The translations under genes were made by a program, and so were the position numbers. This document shows, in pieces, positions 60,405-64,000 of a DNA stretch of 64,000 nucleotides (position 1 is its first letter; every line of letters starts with the position of its first letter). Where the stretch lies: positions 1,472,001 to 1,536,000 of the forward strand of contig OZ239628.1 of NCBI GenBank assembly GCA_965195345.1, read 5' to 3'. This stretch comes from an uncultured Thiomicrospira sp. (GTDB lineage Bacteria; Pseudomonadota; Gammaproteobacteria; CAKMZV01). The notes under the pieces are model-generated. The model did not search any database. It saw only the letters and a program-made list of their open reading frames with translations, and was not told the origin of the DNA.

Positions 60405-61610
60405 ATGCCAGTATTTGAATATCGAGCTTTAAACACTAAAGGAGCCATACTAAAAGGCGTAATGGAGGCCGACTCAGAACGCCACGTACGCGCTCAGTTA
60501 CGCGAAAAAAAACTCATACTCGATTCTTTAAAACAGGTAAAGAAAAACAATTCAAGTCAAAATTCTCTCAGACTATTTCAGCCCAAATTAAAAACCAAGG
60601 ACAAAATAATAGTGACAAGGCAACTTGCCAACTTGATTCGAGCCTCTTTGCCGGTAGAGGAAGCATTACGCACAATTGCAGAACACAACAATTCATCAAT
60701 AAAACGTATCCTATCCTCCACGCGATCCCGAGTCATTGAAGGTTCTTCTTTACATGAAGCTTTGCTTGAGCAAAACATTTTCGATCAAGAATATACCTCC
60801 ACTATCGCAGCAGGTGAAAAAACAGGCGAATTAGCGACTGTCCTCGAAAAATTAGCTGACGATGTCGAGCGCAAAGAAAAGTTTAATCGCAACATCTCTT
60901 CGGCAATGATTTATCCTGCTTTGATACTGATTGTTTCTGTAGCAGTAGTCATTGCATTGCTTGCTTTTGTAGTGCCTGAAGTCGTCTCGGCATTTGCTAA
61001 TACAAAGCGCGAACTTCCCGCATTAACTCAAGCGATGATAGCTATTAGTGATTTTCTGCGTAATAATGGTATGCTTCTTTTTTCCTCAATTGTTGTATTT
61101 TTTACCGTTTTCAATCTATCACTACGGAATGTAAACGTCAAACGCCATTGGCACCGCTTTCTAATGAAACTACCTTTAATTGGAAAGATTTTCGTCGGCT
61201 CTAATTCTTCACAATTTTCTCGCAACCTTAGTCTTATGCAATCATCGGGAGTACCCGTAATCGAGTCCCTACGTTCTACTGCAAGCACGTTATCTTGCAT
61301 ACCTATGAGTGAAGCAATACAAAATGCAGCCAATGATATCAGAGAGGGGTCTAGTATCTATCGCTCTCTCGAAAAACACAAAGCACTTCCTCCAATGATT
61401 TTATATATGCTTGCCAGTGGCGAAGCCAGTGGAAATATGCCTGACATGTTACAAAGAGCAGCAATTAATCAAGAGCATGAACTTGAATCTTTTACCACAA
61501 GTTTGCTTAGCATTATCGGACCTGTTATTATTCTGTTAATGGGTGGTTTTGTTTTAATTATTATTTTGTCAATTTTGCTTCCGATATTCGAACTCAACAA
61601 CGTTACTTAG
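60405..61610 (+). CDS. gspF: type II secretion inner membrane protein F
   Basis: MPVFEY, TRQLA, GEKTG, AMIYP, GEASG. Confidence 0.95.
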   Translation: MPVFEYRALNTKGAILKGVMEADSERHVRAQLREKKLILDSLKQVKKNNSSQNSLRLFQPKLKTKDKIIVTRQLANLIRASLPVEEALRTIAEHNNSSIKRILSSTRSRVIEGSSLHEALLEQNIFDQEYTSTIAAGEKTGELATVLEKLADDVERKEKFNRNISSAMIYPALILIVSVAVVIALLAFVVPEVVSAFANTKRELPALTQAMIAISDFLRNNGMLLFSSIVVFFTVFNLSLRNVNVKRHWHRFLMKLPLIGKIFVGSNSSQFSRNLSLMQSSGVPVIESLRSTASTLSCIPMSEAIQNAANDIREGSSIYRSLEKHKALPPMILYMLASGEASGNMPDMLQRAAINQEHELESFTTSLLSIIGPVIILLMGGFVLIIILSILLPIFELNNVT

Positions 61611-61708
61611 ATTCCACGTCAGATTTTCAAATCTGTTTCCAAAAATAATATTCATTTCTAAAACAATGAATTCTCAAGATTTATAACGCAGACTGTTAAA
61701 ATAAAAAC

Positions 61709-62581
61709 ATGGAATTTAGCACCGTTGGAATAATCATTAAAAAGAAAAGTTCTAGCACACTCAATGCAATTATACGCACGTGTGATGTACTAAACACCCG
61801 TGGTTGCAAAGTTATAGCTATGCGTGACTCTTCTTCTTTTTTCCCCGAGTGCTCAATTTCTTTCATTGACAAAAAAGATTTTTATAAGCAAGCTGATCTA
61901 TTGATTTGTATTGGCGGTGACGGTACATTGCTCACTGCAGCAAGGGAAGTTGCAAGTGACCCGAAACCATTAATCGGTGTGAATCTTGGTCGTTTGGGTT
62001 TTCTAGTGGACATTCCAGCAGAAAAAATAGAGGCGCACTTAACCAACATAATTAATGGACAGTACAAAAGAGACTTCCGTACCATGCTCAATGTTCAGGT
62101 TATTCGTGAAAATGAGTGCGTTGTCAACGAAGTTGCACTCAATGATTGCGTTTTACATAAAACGAACTTTTCACGCCTTATTGAATTTGAGTGCTACGTT
62201 AATGGGCAATTTTTCACCTCCCAACGTTCTGACGGCTTAATCATCTCTTCTCCTACTGGTTCAACAGCGTACGGGCTCTCAGCAGGAGGGCCTATCATTT
62301 TGCCAGGATTAGAAGTTTTTTCAATTGTTTCTATTTGCCCACACACTATAAGCCAACGACCTGTTATTGTAGATGATTCAAGCATCATTGAAATTAACAG
62401 CAATAATTCATTACACGAAAATATGCAAATTTCATGGGATGGTATCGAGATTTTTTCTTTACAACCTAAAGACAAAATAATCATCAAAAAGCATCAATAC
62501 AAAACCATAATCATCCAATCCCTCAATCATAATCATTACCAAATATTGCGACACAAACTACGATGGGGTGAGAAGTTGTGA
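61709..62581 (+). CDS. nadK: NAD kinase
   Basis: GGDGTLL, NLGRLGFL, ALND, PTGSTAYGLSAGGP. Confidence 0.96.
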   Translation: MEFSTVGIIIKKKSSSTLNAIIRTCDVLNTRGCKVIAMRDSSSFFPECSISFIDKKDFYKQADLLICIGGDGTLLTAAREVASDPKPLIGVNLGRLGFLVDIPAEKIEAHLTNIINGQYKRDFRTMLNVQVIRENECVVNEVALNDCVLHKTNFSRLIEFECYVNGQFFTSQRSDGLIISSPTGSTAYGLSAGGPIILPGLEVFSIVSICPHTISQRPVIVDDSSIIEINSNNSLHENMQISWDGIEIFSLQPKDKIIIKKHQYKTIIIQSLNHNHYQILRHKLRWGEKL

Positions 62582-64000
62582 TTGTTTCTTTAACAATCAA
62601 AAACCTTGCGATAATCGAATTTTTAGAGCTAGAGTTTGATGATGCTATGACCGTGCTTACTGGCGAGACAGGCGCGGGAAAATCAATCCTTATTGATGCT
62701 TTGAACATTGCTTTAGGTCAGCGTGCTGATCAGAGTTTGATAAACCATCATTCCAATCAAGCTGAAGTCACTGCTATTTTTAATATTCAAAATTTGGAGT
62801 TTGCTCAACGTTGGTTTGAAAAACACGATATAGAACACAACAATGAATGCATATTACGTAGAATCATTAAAAGCAATGGCACCTCACGCGCTTTAGTAAA
62901 TGGAGTCCCAGTTACTCTTAACAATTTACACACGCTGTCTGCCAATTTGGTTGCCATTCATAGTCAACATGCCCATCAGCAATTACTAAATTTAGACATG
63001 CAGCGGCAAATTCTTGATGACTATGGCAAGCATGACCTAAGACCATTGCAAAATTGTTTGCAAGAAATGTACGATGTTAGAAAAAAAATCCGTGAAATCA
63101 ACGCAACAGATGACCCACTTTCTCGATTAGATTATTTGCAATATCAACTGAAGGAATTGGAAGAGTTGAACGCTGAAGAAGAGGATTGGCAAGCACTGTG
63201 TACAAAACAAAAACAATTAGGGCAATCTGAAAAACTAATAGAAGCAATTCAAATTACTAATGATTTAATTGATGGCGACAACGGTGCTGTTCAACAAATT
63301 CATCGTACGATCCACGCTCTAAAATCGATTAATAATGCTTTCCCTAAAACTGAAGAGTTTAGTGAAATGTTTGAAAATGCTATTACTCTCTGCCAAGAAG
63401 CCAGTGGGGATATGTCACATTTGGCGAGTAAAATGCAATTAAATGAAGATGAACTTCATGCCGTTGAAAGTCGGATTAGCCGTTGGCATGAGTTAGCCCG
63501 CAAGCACAACGTTACTCCTGAAGCATTGCCCAAATATAAAATCGCAATTGAATCCGAATCCAATCAATTAACTAATGCACAACAGGACTTAATAGCGTTT
63601 GAAAAAACCTTATCGCAGTTACAAGAAAAATATAAGAATCTGGCAGAAGAGTTACATCAGCAAAGAAAAAATACTTCAGATAAATTATCACATGCAATCA
63701 ATAATTTACTCAAAAAGTTACATTTACCTCCAACCTTAAATGTTCAAATAAACGACGAGAAAAAAGAACTTAGTAACTTTGGGTACGATCGTATCCTTTT
63801 TACTTTCCAACCAAATCCTGGCCATCCCGCTCAACAACTGCATAAAACCGCCTCTGGCGGAGAACTCTCGCGATTAAGCCTTGCAATTGCTGTATGTGTT
63901 GCCGCTTCAACCGGACATTCGTGTTTAATTTTTGATGAAGTTGATACCGGCATCGGAGGAGAGACTGCAGAAACTGTAGGGAAACTATTAAAAACCTTAA
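62578..64000 (+). CDS. recN: DNA repair protein RecN (runs off the window end)
   Basis: GTG start overlapping the nadK stop; LTGETGAGKS Walker A, ASGGELSR, IFDEVDTGIGG. Confidence 0.95.
   Translation, partial: MIVSLTIKNLAIIEFLELEFDDAMTVLTGETGAGKSILIDALNIALGQRADQSLINHHSNQAEVTAIFNIQNLEFAQRWFEKHDIEHNNECILRRIIKSNGTSRALVNGVPVTLNNLHTLSANLVAIHSQHAHQQLLNLDMQRQILDDYGKHDLRPLQNCLQEMYDVRKKIREINATDDPLSRLDYLQYQLKELEELNAEEEDWQALCTKQKQLGQSEKLIEAIQITNDLIDGDNGAVQQIHRTIHALKSINNAFPKTEEFSEMFENAITLCQEASGDMSHLASKMQLNEDELHAVESRISRWHELARKHNVTPEALPKYKIAIESESNQLTNAQQDLIAFEKTLSQLQEKYKNLAEELHQQRKNTSDKLSHAINNLLKKLHLPPTLNVQINDEKKELSNFGYDRILFTFQPNPGHPAQQLHKTASGGELSRLSLAIAVCVAASTGHSCLIFDEVDTGIGGETAETVGKLLKTL

Overview
AT-rich bacterial chromosome segment; the protein content and gene order point to a Gammaproteobacterium, probably a poorly characterised lineage. 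Layout: (1) 0.2-3.4 kb aceA-aceK. (2) 3.5-8.2 kb tmRNA, a two-lipoprotein islet with a relic att copy of tRNA-Val(GAC), tRNA-Val, and a stand-alone 16S rRNA gene that has its own promoter, boxA, processing stalk and terminator but no ITS or 23S. (3) About 8.4-31.8 kb, an accessory mosaic with no intact integrase: a hydantoinase A/B-FAD oxidoreductase-HpcH aldolase operon; a tandem paralogue array bracketed by a 107-bp duplication of the aldolase 3' end; an AT-rich deacetylase/NAT/PhyH/GT-like/RibA-NADAR cluster; a four-gene hypothetical-hypothetical-DyP-P450 operon; a beta-carbonic anhydrase; many pseudogene fragments; and an islet at tRNA-Ser(GCT). (4) 32-64 kb core genes (carAB, rluB, bcp, acnA, pssA, leuA, rimI, mucD/rseC, panCB, folK, pcnB, fis, purH, bolA, fumC, gspCDEF, nadK, partial recN). 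Best candidates for undescribed biology: the RibA-NADAR fusion, whose catalytic Tyr is replaced by Met (a change known to switch the product to FAPy), inside an orphan biosynthetic-like cluster; and the DyP/P450 operon lacking redox partners. All calls come from motif recognition by eye; no searches were run.
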